Virus record (IMG/VR): IMGVR_UViG_3300024346_000003
Source of the DNA: a virus
Taxonomy: Duplodnaviria > Caudoviricetes
Reading direction: 5' to 3' (one strand)
DNA length: 64,000 bases
Part shown: positions 32,793 through 44,600 of the stretch, one piece after another
Position numbering within the stretch: the first letter of the stretch is position 1
Layout: each line of letters opens with the position of its first letter
Notes under the pieces: model-generated
The model's input: the letters and a program-made list of their open reading frames with translations, nothing else
The model's database searches: none
Told to the model about the DNA's origin: nothing
Position numbers and translations under genes: made by a program

Positions 32793-33458
32793 TTATTTAG
32801 TTTTTTGTGACCAAAAACCTTCTTTGTACATATAACCAAGACAACACGCATAACTATCAGCCATATCGAAATTCTCTTTCTTTAGTTTTTGATTTTTATC
32901 ATGTAACCACATTATTTGTGGTTCGAGTTCGGATACTTTTTCCCAAATAACTAATTTCTTATCAATGTCCCACTCATAACCACCAAATAAAACAGGATTA
33001 TTTTTAAGTAATTCCTTTTCAGTATATGGTTCGTTCTTTTTATTATGAGTTCTAATTTGTTTTAATTCTGGAAACGCATAAGCTCTAGAATCATATGATG
33101 AGATATATTCTGGAATAACACCTAGAATATCATATATAGCTTTGCTTATAATACCATTAAATCGTAATAAGGTTGCAACTGTATTTACATTATTTGACCT
33201 TAGTAATGGTTCTTCAATGATAACTTTTTTAATACCAACATTTTCGTATTTTTTTAAGAATTCCTCTTCAAATATTTTTGCTTTTTCAAACAACTCTTGC
33301 ATTTTACTTTCGGGCTTTGGTTTAACCACTGGTGTAACGTGGTGCAATAATCTTAATGTCCCACGTTCACCAAAATCTTCAAATAGTGCGATACCTATAG
33401 TCTTAGTTGATATATCTAGACCTAGTACGAAATTATCAGTATGTTTTGTTGATTCCAT
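32793..33458 (-). CDS. RuvC-like Holliday junction resolvase
   Basis: LGLDISTKTIG, IIEEP, DMADS. Confidence 0.75.
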   Translation of the reverse strand: MESTKHTDNFVLGLDISTKTIGIALFEDFGERGTLRLLHHVTPVVKPKPESKMQELFEKAKIFEEEFLKKYENVGIKKVIIEEPLLRSNNVNTVATLLRFNGIISKAIYDILGVIPEYISSYDSRAYAFPELKQIRTHNKKNEPYTEKELLKNNPVLFGGYEWDIDKKLVIWEKVSELEPQIMWLHDKNQKLKKENFDMADSYACCLGYMYKEGFWSQKTK

Positions 33459-33514
33459 AATTATATTTAATTTTATTTAAATATAATACATAGGAATAAA
33501 AACTAAATACTATT

Positions 33515-34717
33515 TTAATAATCAATAGTTAAATTAAACACAACCATATCATCAGATGGTTTATAGTAAGTTCTATTTGTTTTTGCAATCGCAATTAGAT
33601 TGCCAGCATCATCTAACAAACCAATTTCAGTTATTCTTGGTACATCGCTAGTTGAGAATGTTGTGTTAGTACTAACTGTGAATTCGTTTCTATCAGCAAT
33701 ACATGTTACTTTTTGTGAAATTGAACTAATTACTGAATTAAACGTTAAAGTTGTTGCAGAAGATGTTGCACCACTTATTGGGAAATTACTAACAATTGTT
33801 GGTTCTGTGATAACTATAAAACCTTTATCCAAGTATGCAATACCTATTGCTTTATCAGCTACAGTACCAGAACCTGTGTTAGTTTTAAAATTCCAAAGTC
33901 TTTTACCATTAATGGAATATGGTTTAGGTAGTGAGTAACCAGTTGACCAACTTAATAAACTATTATTATTTGGTTTTTGAATTCCATCACTAAATAATAG
34001 ACATCTATTAGGTCCTAATTGTTGTAAGTATCTTGATGGGTCTGTTATTCTACCATCTTGGTCAGTTAACATTGAATTATTATTTTCGTATGTACCATAA
34101 ATGTTATACGATGCTAATGTTGTTGTTAATTGTAAGTTAATACTTTTACCATCAATTAATTCACCATATTGACTACCATCAATACCAATTACCAAAATTT
34201 CTTCTGATGCTAAACCACTTAATGCTGTATCTAAAAATCCACCTGTATTTGATGTAATACCAGTATATGTTTCAGCAGTTCTAGTATCAGTTGGTAACCC
34301 AAATGAGTAAAATAAATTAGTTAATACATCAGTATTATAATCATTTCTATTTATAATATTTTGAGTTAACGTACCACCACTATAATATAAAACGTTATAA
34401 CCTGTTGATTTTTGAGTGCTAGAAATAATTGATGAGGCTAATTGAACTGGTTTTTTGTTTTGACCATTTCTATAAAGTAACCCACTTCTGAATTGATACC
34501 CAGAACCGCCATTATTTAATGACAACCCGAAATTATCACCAGAGAAATCAGGAATTTGACCTGATGTTAATCCACTATAAACATTATAGTTTGCATCTGA
34601 ATCACCCAATATAAAATTAGTAATTAATGAGCTAGCACCATTTGCTAATCTTTGTCTACCGTTAGGTGTTAATTTACCTTTTATATTAATCGTTGTTGCA
34701 CTATTTATAAATCCCAT
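33515..34717 (-). CDS. Virion structural protein (tail-collar/fibre-like termini)
   Basis: KLTPNGRQRLA...GDSD N-terminus and ITEIGLLDDAGNLIAIAK C-terminus. Confidence 0.6.
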   Translation of the reverse strand: MGFINSATTINIKGKLTPNGRQRLANGASSLITNFILGDSDANYNVYSGLTSGQIPDFSGDNFGLSLNNGGSGYQFRSGLLYRNGQNKKPVQLASSIISSTQKSTGYNVLYYSGGTLTQNIINRNDYNTDVLTNLFYSFGLPTDTRTAETYTGITSNTGGFLDTALSGLASEEILVIGIDGSQYGELIDGKSINLQLTTTLASYNIYGTYENNNSMLTDQDGRITDPSRYLQQLGPNRCLLFSDGIQKPNNNSLLSWSTGYSLPKPYSINGKRLWNFKTNTGSGTVADKAIGIAYLDKGFIVITEPTIVSNFPISGATSSATTLTFNSVISSISQKVTCIADRNEFTVSTNTTFSTSDVPRITEIGLLDDAGNLIAIAKTNRTYYKPSDDMVVFNLTIDY

Positions 34718-34741
34718 TTTTAATTGTTTTTTTTTTAATTA

Positions 34742-36892
34742 TTAAAAGTCCATTGATAACTCTAGTAATATTGTATTACCTGGTGTTAATTTAACTGGTC
34801 TTGAAAATTTACCAATCATAACTAATTCACCAGAACTATCATATATACCACATTCAGTAACTTTAATTACTGATGGGTTAGTATTTGGGTCTGAACTTCT
34901 AGTTACATTTGATGTATATTTAAATAAATCAGCAGATACACTTAATTTAAATATTGTTTTGTATACATTAGCACCAATATACGTATCGATATTACCATAG
35001 AAGAACCTTTCATCACCAAATTGTAAAATATTTGGATTTGTATTTGGTGCCATACCTAATGAATTTATAATACTAAACGTTGTATCACCAGATGTTGTTG
35101 ATATATCTAATTTAAAGTTTGTTGATGTTGGATTTTGAGTCTCTAATAATATTGGGTCAATCGTTTCACCAGATACACCTGTAATTAATGCGCTTGTAAA
35201 ATCATGAACTTTCCAAGCATTTGGTAATGGTCTTGTCCCACCAGAAACTATTTGATATAATACTTTGAACTCTCTAGCTGAAAAACCTAAACCATCATAA
35301 GCTGGGTCTTCGATTTTTCTCATATAAGGTAATAAGTCAATTCCACTAATTTTAAATTCAACATCTTTTGAAGCGGATGTATTATTAGGTATGATTATAT
35401 ATTTCTGACATGGTAATGTTGTTGTTAAACCACTCAGTGTTGAGTTTTCAAATGTATATGTTAACCACATATATTGTTGGGATGGTAATAATCCAGTTGA
35501 TGTAGATGGTGCAGCTAAACTTGCATTTAAAGCTGGTAGTGTCCAGTTTCTATTTGATTTATAAGATATTGCAGCAACGATTTCATCGTCATGTATTGCA
35601 ATTACTTTTAATTGTGGGAAAACTTTACCAATTACTAATGGTGTTGCACCACTAGGTATCAAAGTAACATCTTCAATTAAATCTATATATTCAATATCTG
35701 TATTTGTAATATATTTTGTTGAACCACTAGCCAGGAAAGTCATACCCATAGTTGTCCCACTACCAGTTGGGTAGTCTCTTCTATGGTACATCAAATCTGG
35801 CATATAAACATTTACATTTTTACCGTTTGCACCATCAACGAATAAGAATTCACCGTAGAAATTTGAAATGGTATTATTTGTATAATGAATAACTGATATT
35901 GATTTACTAACTGTATCTAATACGGAAGTACCTGGTACATCACAAATATCAATTGTAATACCACTAGCACCTACTGAACAACTATAATCAAAGTATGGGT
36001 ATTTTTGTCCTAAATATTTCCAAGAACCAAACTTTTCATAACTTTCATTAGGTGTTGATAGTGTACTATTAATACTACTACCCGTCATACCAGCTAGGTT
36101 TTCACACCAAATATTATTCATATTCCAAACTGGAACATCAGCACATGATACATAACAACAACTATCAAATGATAATGTATTTGAATTCCAATAAGGTATT
36201 GTTGATGATGAACCAAATGCACTATAAACTTCACCTTGTGGATAAATAATAAAACATGTTGTTGCTGAAAATGAATTTAAGTTTGGTAACTCTCTATCTA
36301 CTATAACATAACTTGAACCACTTGCTTGTATTTTATACCAAAGTGTTGGTATTGGTAATGTATTACCAGTTACTCCTAAATTACCAATAGTATCGTTAGT
36401 TAATTTTAATAAAATATAATCACCAACACTATATGTAAATCCAGTACCTATTTCTAATGTTGTACCACCAGTAAGGTTTACGTTACTAATACAACCATTA
36501 TCAACCGTATATGTTGTACTTAACAATGTACTAAATTCAGTATGTGTTGTGTTAGCACTAAAGAACCCTCTTTCAGCTGCTTTATTATTCACAATAGCTT
36601 TTAATGTGTTTATTTGACTAGCTGTCAATGGATTTGTTGGTGTAACACCGTCAACACTAACAAATGAACTTAAGTTTGGTTGTCTATCAACTGGTCTAAG
36701 TATCATACTAGTTCCAGATAATTCTGGGTCGGTTTGATAGTTATCTACTATCGATTCTCTGTTGTAATTTAACTCAGAATCACCAATACCCCAAGCGGTA
36801 AAGTTTAATTTACCCTCGGCTAATTTTCTTCTACCTGTGTCTGTTAATTTTATGTTTACAAATGCACCTGAATTGTTAATTATGTAGCTCAT
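34742..36892 (-). CDS. Virion structural protein, paralogue of the preceding gene
   Basis: KLTDTGRRKLA...GDSE and VTECGIYDSSGELVMIGK. Confidence 0.6.
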   Translation of the reverse strand: MSYIINNSGAFVNIKLTDTGRRKLAEGKLNFTAWGIGDSELNYNRESIVDNYQTDPELSGTSMILRPVDRQPNLSSFVSVDGVTPTNPLTASQINTLKAIVNNKAAERGFFSANTTHTEFSTLLSTTYTVDNGCISNVNLTGGTTLEIGTGFTYSVGDYILLKLTNDTIGNLGVTGNTLPIPTLWYKIQASGSSYVIVDRELPNLNSFSATTCFIIYPQGEVYSAFGSSSTIPYWNSNTLSFDSCCYVSCADVPVWNMNNIWCENLAGMTGSSINSTLSTPNESYEKFGSWKYLGQKYPYFDYSCSVGASGITIDICDVPGTSVLDTVSKSISVIHYTNNTISNFYGEFLFVDGANGKNVNVYMPDLMYHRRDYPTGSGTTMGMTFLASGSTKYITNTDIEYIDLIEDVTLIPSGATPLVIGKVFPQLKVIAIHDDEIVAAISYKSNRNWTLPALNASLAAPSTSTGLLPSQQYMWLTYTFENSTLSGLTTTLPCQKYIIIPNNTSASKDVEFKISGIDLLPYMRKIEDPAYDGLGFSAREFKVLYQIVSGGTRPLPNAWKVHDFTSALITGVSGETIDPILLETQNPTSTNFKLDISTTSGDTTFSIINSLGMAPNTNPNILQFGDERFFYGNIDTYIGANVYKTIFKLSVSADLFKYTSNVTRSSDPNTNPSVIKVTECGIYDSSGELVMIGKFSRPVKLTPGNTILLELSMDF

Positions 36893-36950
36893 ATTTTATA
36901 AATATCTTTATTTCTTTTTATTTTAATAATAAATACACCAAAGTAAATAA

Positions 36951-38426
36951 TTAGTAAGATTTAGTTGAATTAATCCCTAATGTTATTGGTATGATTTCAC
37001 TATATTTTATACTTTTAACAACACTATTACATAATGTGTTATATTGTTTCTCGTTTTTAATTCTATAATAAAAATTATCACCATAATCACCACTCAATGG
37101 TATTGTTGCGTAATAATTAAGTTCACCAACTGCATACTTAGTGGTAGCACTTGAGGTTATAATATTAAATGTTGATGCTGAAGAAACTTCAACAACAAAA
37201 ATACCACCAGTATTTGTTGGTGGTGTTGATATTGACCATGATATTGTTGGTACTGGTGTTGTTATATCACCAACTAAATTTGTAAATCCATTATAGTAAA
37301 CATTAATAATATCACCAACTACTAAACCACCTTCTAATATGATTCTTTTTAAATCAGATGTTGATTGGTAATAATCAATATTATTAGCTAATATGGCCCC
37401 ATTGACAGTTATCATTATGTCATTAGAATCAATCGGTGTTGTATCAACAAAGATTTCATACTTACTAGTAGTTGTATTATAATAAACACTATTAGAACCT
37501 TGATTACCAGTTGTACCACTTGGAATTGGTGATGATATATCAATAATTTTATTTATAATTTCATTTGAACTACCTATTGAGACATATGTTACTGTTAAAA
37601 TGTCACCCGATTGTGCTGGTGATACCAGTTGTATTATAGTAGTTGTCACTGACCCACTAGTTAATGTTGTTACAGTATAATCATAAAAATTAGCTAATGT
37701 AAGTCCATTTAATGCAACAATATATGTTTGAAATGTGTCCGCAACAATTATTTGCGTTTGGTTTTTAGTTAATTCAATTGAACTAACCATAAAAGCACCA
37801 ACGGGTAATGGTGTATTTGTACCTTGACCAATTTGTGGTATTTCAGCTTCTTTAAGTGATACAAAATAAAAATCTCGGTCAGATTGGTATATAGCATATT
37901 CATCACTAGTGATATATCTTTGTGTATCATATTGTTCATTTAATAAAGTACCAAATTCGGTTGCAATATTATTAACATAATGACCTTTAACTATATAATC
38001 ACCATCTAAGTTGATTGATGCTATTGGTATTGTTTGAGTTGTTGCACTTGTTGCACTGAAAGATGACCATTCAATAAGTTCTGATGTATATATCGCATTA
38101 ACACTAAACCCAGATAGATTAGTATTATATTTATGTACAGTGTATTTAAATTTTGATTGATTTAAATCAGTAAATGATTGTGTATTTGCTGTAAATATAA
38201 AATCAAATGTAACACCAGTTTGTGATGATATGATGTAAACCCCAGTATCACCACTAGTTAAACCACTATTTGGTGGTGTGGTGCAATCAACCTTTGTTGA
38301 CCCTGTTATATCATAATAAGGTCTGTTAAAAACATAAAAATCAGAGCTCATATTGACTGAGTGTACAGTTTGATTTCTTTCTGGACAAAATCCACATTGA
38401 CCATATATTCTTTCTTGGTAACTCAT
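36951..38426 (-). CDS. Putative baseplate/tail structural protein
   Basis: Thr/Ser-rich beta protein; repeated VxxNGxxL...DY segments. Confidence 0.55.
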   Translation of the reverse strand: MSYQERIYGQCGFCPERNQTVHSVNMSSDFYVFNRPYYDITGSTKVDCTTPPNSGLTSGDTGVYIISSQTGVTFDFIFTANTQSFTDLNQSKFKYTVHKYNTNLSGFSVNAIYTSELIEWSSFSATSATTQTIPIASINLDGDYIVKGHYVNNIATEFGTLLNEQYDTQRYITSDEYAIYQSDRDFYFVSLKEAEIPQIGQGTNTPLPVGAFMVSSIELTKNQTQIIVADTFQTYIVALNGLTLANFYDYTVTTLTSGSVTTTIIQLVSPAQSGDILTVTYVSIGSSNEIINKIIDISSPIPSGTTGNQGSNSVYYNTTTSKYEIFVDTTPIDSNDIMITVNGAILANNIDYYQSTSDLKRIILEGGLVVGDIINVYYNGFTNLVGDITTPVPTISWSISTPPTNTGGIFVVEVSSASTFNIITSSATTKYAVGELNYYATIPLSGDYGDNFYYRIKNEKQYNTLCNSVVKSIKYSEIIPITLGINSTKSY

Positions 38427-38674
38427 TAATATGAAATATTCAATTCTTTAAATGTATTGTTATTATTAACTATTAAACCATAATTAACATTAGTTGTTAA
38501 ATTTTCAGTACTAATTACTTTAGAAAAATTAAAAACAAAAGCTTCAAATCCAGGAGCTTCAATATGATTACAAGTTGTATCATACACTGATGTTGAAACA
38601 CCCTGTATCCCTATTAAACTATCTGATATTGGTTCAGTTAGTGTTGCATTTATATTTTGTATTAATATCGACAT
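38426..38674 (-). CDS. Hypothetical protein
   Basis: ORF track; CTATTTAT upstream. Confidence 0.55.
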   Translation of the reverse strand: MSILIQNINATLTEPISDSLIGIQGVSTSVYDTTCNHIEAPGFEAFVFNFSKVISTENLTTNVNYGLIVNNNNTFKELNISY

Positions 38675-38686
38675 ACTTATAAATAG

Positions 38687-41563
38687 TTATATATGGTTAT
38701 TATTATTTCGATATATGAATAATCTACTTATTTCACAATTAAATTCTGGTTCTGTAACTATAACTATAGGTACAACATCCCAATTCGGTAAGTCTAGTGG
38801 TGGGATACTTGTTGTTTGACTATAATTTGTATAATAACCAGAACATGGTGTTGCTAGTGGGTCCATTGAGGCTAATGGTATAGTCCAATCTAATCTAATT
38901 GTATTAGTATCTAATTTTATAACTGATATAGTGATACCATCCATATTGTTACCATATGGTATAACATCATAATTATATTCCGTTGTTACTGGTACAAATG
39001 ATGTGTCTGTTATTTTTAATGTTTGACTAAAAATTCGATTAATTGAATCCCAAGTTTGATTAAATGCATTACAACCAGGTACTGTTATTAAACTCATGTA
39101 TAATGGTACTTCTCCAATCATTAAATTATCTTCACAGTATGCTTGATATTCTTCATCACCAATTATTCTACCTATAAATTCTGAATCACAATAATTAGTC
39201 ATTGTCCACACGCAATCACAATAGGTATATTGATTACAGCTAAAGAAATTAGTACTATCAAAAGGTGTTGAACCACTTGCTGGTGGGGTGTCACTTGATA
39301 AATCGACTTTAATTACTTGTGTGTTACAATCACTACTGATTGCTGAAAACGGAAAATAAGGTGATGGGTTTTCACATAACCATAATGTATTGCTTTTATA
39401 TGCATATTTTTGAGTATCAAAAACACTATTTCTATAAATAAATGTAGAACCCCAAATAGTTGTGGCTGGTACAAACTGTTCAATTAAATCAACCCAATAA
39501 TCACCAACTAATTGTGATATATTTTGCATTGAATCATAATTATATCCATTACTAATGCCGTTACAAAGTGTATTACTTAAATACCTTTCATATAATAACC
39601 TAAGTAATGGATACGCTGTAATACTTTGTCTAGTTTTCGCATCTATTAATTCACTATATACTATTCTTTCAAATTCTTCAACAGTATTAACTTCGGATAA
39701 TGGTGTCATTAGTTTTGAGCTGATATCAGTATAATCACCACCACAATATCCAGATAAACTTATACTACTACCTGTATAATCAAGTACACATGGGTTATTA
39801 TATGCATACTTAAATACATCACCCTCAATTGCTTTAGCTGGGTCAATATTTAAATCAATTTCCTTTGTGTTAATAGCTAACCTATGGTCATTGATTGGGT
39901 ATTCAGTATTTCTCCAATCTAATAGATGTAATCTTTTCTCTGGTAATTCATTCGATACCCAAGATTTCTTATTGTCAACAAATTTTTCAAGTTCAAACCC
40001 AAAAGGTTTTGATATTTTAATAAAGGTATTATCAATTGATTCACAATTTTGTGTTACCTTTATTTTATCTAATAAAAGTGCAAAATCTAAACAACATGTA
40101 TTAACCTTGATGCTAATTCTTATCTTTTTATTTTTTATCTGTTCAATAACCGCTGGGTCATTGATTGTTACACCATAGCTTAGCCAAGCTGAATTATACC
40201 AACCACCCATTAATTGTAATAACTCAGTATTTTCTAAATTATTTTCTGGGGCACCAAAATTTGGTAAATATTCTGTTAAATATAATTGTCTTATAAATTC
40301 ATCACGTTTAGATTTGCAAATCTCATCATAAGTACATGTTGTTTCAACTGAAAAACCTGGTAAAACACCAGTTTCACCACTAATTATAATACCTGTTAAC
40401 CCACCACTATCAATTATGTATTGCATTAGATTACCCTCACCAATACCAAATATTTGTTCTTCATATACGGTTTCATATAACATTGGTGTGTCAGTTTCAA
40501 CATCTAACGAGAAAGAAGCTGTAAAGTTCTCTAAATTAGCAATAGGGTCATTACATAAAACACCTTCAGTTTCTAAATTTGCTAATTCATTTTGTAAATC
40601 TCCAAGTTGAGTTTGTAATTCAGCAATTATATCTAAACATGCTTGGTATTCACCACAAACACTTAACATTTCTTCATATGCATTTTGCTTATCACAAATA
40701 CCATCACTTGTTTCTGAAAAATAAGGATTTGGTGAATTGGTTTCTAAAGCAATGTTGTTACCGTCTGTATATAAAGTTTGTGATTGTTGATTAGTATAAA
40801 TCGTTGTATCGCAACCATTCGATGCTAACCAAGCATTATACTTAACATCTCCTAATATCGCTTGCCAGGCTATTAAACCTTCTTCAGTTAAACAACATAC
40901 TGTTGGACGTGACGGTAGGGCTAACATATCACCTGAAAGTGGTGTTGATACGCTAGTTGTACCATCTGGAGTTCTAAGTCGTGTTACTGAATTATAATAT
41001 GGATTCGCATCATAATCAGATACGTGGTTAGTGACTAGTATTGTATAACACATAGCAGTATAAATACTATTGTATTCAAAACATGCACCACTTAATGCTG
41101 CACATTCAAGTTGAGTACTTTCTATTTGGTTATTTATACTTTCAATATCACTTTCTATTGCTATTGCATTTTCATTTATCGTTTCACCACTTGCTAGAAT
41201 TGAACAGTCGAATTTAAATGTATAATCTAATGTGATATCTAATGAACACTCTGAATTTTCATTAACAGTAAAATAATCACCATCATCACCATTTGGGTTA
41301 ATAACGATTTTCATTTCACATGTGTCACATGTGACTGGGTCACTCCATAAACATTTTTGATTTTCAATATCAAAGACATACCCTAAGTATTCACAACATA
41401 TTTTAGTATTTGCATTGTTGTATGGTACCAAGCCAGAATCAGTATTAATCCATACCGAAACAGACCCATCTAATTGATGCATTATTTCCCCACCACCATT
41501 AACTATTTCATCAGCAGTTAAACATGGGTTGTCTATTGTTGGTTGGCACTTATAAGTTTCCAT
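38687..41563 (-). CDS. Cys-rich putative structural protein
   Basis: 958 aa; two coiled-coil stretches; YWxxLIEQFVPATTIW segment. Confidence 0.6.
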   Translation of the reverse strand: METYKCQPTIDNPCLTADEIVNGGGEIMHQLDGSVSVWINTDSGLVPYNNANTKICCEYLGYVFDIENQKCLWSDPVTCDTCEMKIVINPNGDDGDYFTVNENSECSLDITLDYTFKFDCSILASGETINENAIAIESDIESINNQIESTQLECAALSGACFEYNSIYTAMCYTILVTNHVSDYDANPYYNSVTRLRTPDGTTSVSTPLSGDMLALPSRPTVCCLTEEGLIAWQAILGDVKYNAWLASNGCDTTIYTNQQSQTLYTDGNNIALETNSPNPYFSETSDGICDKQNAYEEMLSVCGEYQACLDIIAELQTQLGDLQNELANLETEGVLCNDPIANLENFTASFSLDVETDTPMLYETVYEEQIFGIGEGNLMQYIIDSGGLTGIIISGETGVLPGFSVETTCTYDEICKSKRDEFIRQLYLTEYLPNFGAPENNLENTELLQLMGGWYNSAWLSYGVTINDPAVIEQIKNKKIRISIKVNTCCLDFALLLDKIKVTQNCESIDNTFIKISKPFGFELEKFVDNKKSWVSNELPEKRLHLLDWRNTEYPINDHRLAINTKEIDLNIDPAKAIEGDVFKYAYNNPCVLDYTGSSISLSGYCGGDYTDISSKLMTPLSEVNTVEEFERIVYSELIDAKTRQSITAYPLLRLLYERYLSNTLCNGISNGYNYDSMQNISQLVGDYWVDLIEQFVPATTIWGSTFIYRNSVFDTQKYAYKSNTLWLCENPSPYFPFSAISSDCNTQVIKVDLSSDTPPASGSTPFDSTNFFSCNQYTYCDCVWTMTNYCDSEFIGRIIGDEEYQAYCEDNLMIGEVPLYMSLITVPGCNAFNQTWDSINRIFSQTLKITDTSFVPVTTEYNYDVIPYGNNMDGITISVIKLDTNTIRLDWTIPLASMDPLATPCSGYYTNYSQTTSIPPLDLPNWDVVPIVIVTEPEFNCEISRLFIYRNNNNHI

Positions 41564-41636
41564 TCATATATCCTTTATTATAATTATTCAATCTTTCAAT
41601 TATTCATTAATATAATCTATTTTTTTTTAAAATAAA

Positions 41637-44600
41637 TTAAACAGTTGCAATATATGTAGCATTTGTACTAGCCTTACAACCTTTTGAGTCAGTTACTGTT
41701 AATTTAATTTCAAAAGTACCATTTGTTAAATTAACCGTTGTTGCATTTATTGGTCCAATTTGTGGCGCTGCTGATGTATTACTAGTTAAAAATCCATAAT
41801 TAGAATATTTACCAGTTTGTGTTATAATTTCCCATAAATAAGCATATGGTCCTACACCATTTGATATTTGTGGTACTGAAACATTTATATCACTAACTTT
41901 AGTTACTATTCTAGGTATTGGTCCTAATGATATATTACATAATGGTGCTGGATTTGTTCCTGTACACCCAATTAAGCCAATAGATTTTTGATAAAATAAT
42001 TGATATAATAAGCTATTATTTGTTCCGTAAGTTGCATTTGCTTGAGCCAATGTTAATACCGCTTTACCTGTAGCTGTTAATCTACAAGCATATCCAATTT
42101 TATTTGTATATGGGTCTAAAATACTTTGGGGTATTGTATAGTTTAGTGGACAAAAACATGAATCTGATTGAACAGTAACTCTATATTGTGGTGTTCCAGT
42201 TGTTCCCCAGTTATTTTGTGGTGTTACAAATTTCAAATACATTTCATTATTTGTTGTATACATCTGACCTAATAATGGTCCAGCCAATCGCCATTGACAA
42301 CCTATATAACAACCACAACCCTTACCCCTATAAGCTGGTACGGTTGAATCACCTTTAATCGATGATTCTGCTGATACTTGAACCGTTGGTGATAATACTA
42401 GTGTTTTTGGTGTTGCTGGTGTTGCTGGTGTTGTAAAACCAAAGTTTGTAAATGTTGCGTGAGTTCCTGTTGGTATTGGTGTTGGGTTAATAGTTGGGGC
42501 TTTGCAGCAAATATAACCACTATTTGATAGTGTTGGTTTACCAGTTGTTGAGTTAATAATGTATTCATCATATAAATATGATGCACCGTTAACTATATTA
42601 TTACAACAAGTTGGTGATATAAATGGTGAAACGTAATATTGACTATTTAATGAACCATCAACATTATATGTTAAATAATTCCAATTAAAGACATATGGTG
42701 TATTATAGAAATTAGTATTTGTACTATCAACATATGTATAACCACTAATTCTTATACTACAATTATTAAATTGCTCAGCTTCTGTTAATTCATCTCGTTT
42801 AATATCAATAATTAATGATAAATCTTCAGTTGGTAAATCACAACCACAATCAGTTAATTCCGCTGTTGGGTGTGGGTCACTTATTATATCAGCAACATAT
42901 AAGAAACAATCATCTAATGTAACACCAGAATATGTTTCAATACCCACATAGGTATCACCACTATAATTGTTTATTAAACCATTATTATAATTTGTAAACA
43001 ACTCAACTACACTTGTTGTAAATGTTGATGTTGTTAACACAGTTGGTTGAAAATCAGGTAATAAACTTCTAAATTGGTTTATATATTCAACACCACCATC
43101 ATAAGGTCCGATGTGTGGGTTATTACCTTGATTGATTTGAGTCGCAGCATTTGCCCCACCAGTTTCTCTATACCATAAACCACCTTTTTGAAAATACATT
43201 GTTGGTGTGTCAGCTATTGTTTTTGGGAATCCGTCTGAATCAACATTATAAGATATTAAATCAGTATCATAATTATTTTCTAATAATACTGATTCAAATG
43301 AATCAATATCTATTTTATTTTTTGCGGCATATATATACTCATTCAAGTTTATTAAACCTTCTGGAGCACCAATAAATTTAAATAAGAATTCAACAGCTTT
43401 TCTAGTCCCTTTAGATTTGAATAACCAAGCTGAGTTTAATATAAGTCTTCTCCATAATTCAATTTCAGCCTCAGCTGCTGTTAAACCACGACTATAACCA
43501 GAATAAGATGGTGCTGGTACATTTAAATATGCTTTTAATAAATCATTTTCAATAACTGAACTAGTTAATTGCCAACCCATAACTCTGGCAATATATTTAA
43601 TCATTTGGTCAGGTGCATTGTTTTTCTTATCATAACTAACATTATTAGCATATGCAATACCATCTATATATTTTTTAACTTCATCAAATTCTCTACCGTA
43701 TATTTTTAATGTTTTGTTCATTTTTTGACCAGAAGTTTCTTCTTCAGTACCATCACATCTAGGTATGGTATCAAAATTTGAAATTGATTCACTCACTAAA
43801 AATCTGCTCATTAAGTCTGAATGTGTTTCATCTGTTGATATACAAATTTTTAATAATTCATTTACATAATTTACATATGCATTTGTACTAAAATCTAAAT
43901 TATAACCGTCACTTGTCGGCCAAACTACACTTGTGCTAGTATTATATATAAGTCCAGTATCAGTTAAATATTGATAATCAAACGTTGATTTGTATTTGGG
44001 TGTTGTTAATCTATTTAATAAATAATCTTCAAATGGTTCTAAACCCGCAAAGAATTTTTCACCTTCAGTATTATTTGGTTTTATATGATATGTTATATAT
44101 TGTGGTTGATTAACCGCTGTTGGGAATGGGTTACCATTAACAAGAATCATTACATAATCATCATACAAATTTGTTGAGCCAGTAAAATTTAATATTCGAT
44201 ATTCCTCATTATTATATAAAATGTTATAACTACTATAATTTACAACTAAATTTCTTAATTCATTACCATATGTGTTTAATAATATACCACCAGTGTTGTA
44301 TATAACATCATAATTATTAGCGAATGTATTAGTTTTAACTTTAAAATTAGAGGTGTTATTATAGAAATTATAAGTATAGTTTTCAATAGTGTATACCCCA
44401 TCATATGTTTGATTATCTATAGGTTTGACATGTATAGATGCTGGCCACTTTGTAATTATGGATTCTAATGTGACTCTCATGAATTCAGTTGATGACCCAA
44501 AATATGCAAAATTTGATAATTTTGTATTATCAATATTTAACTTGATATTAACATTTGCACTAAATACTAAATCAATAACTTCTGATGTTCCACCAATACT

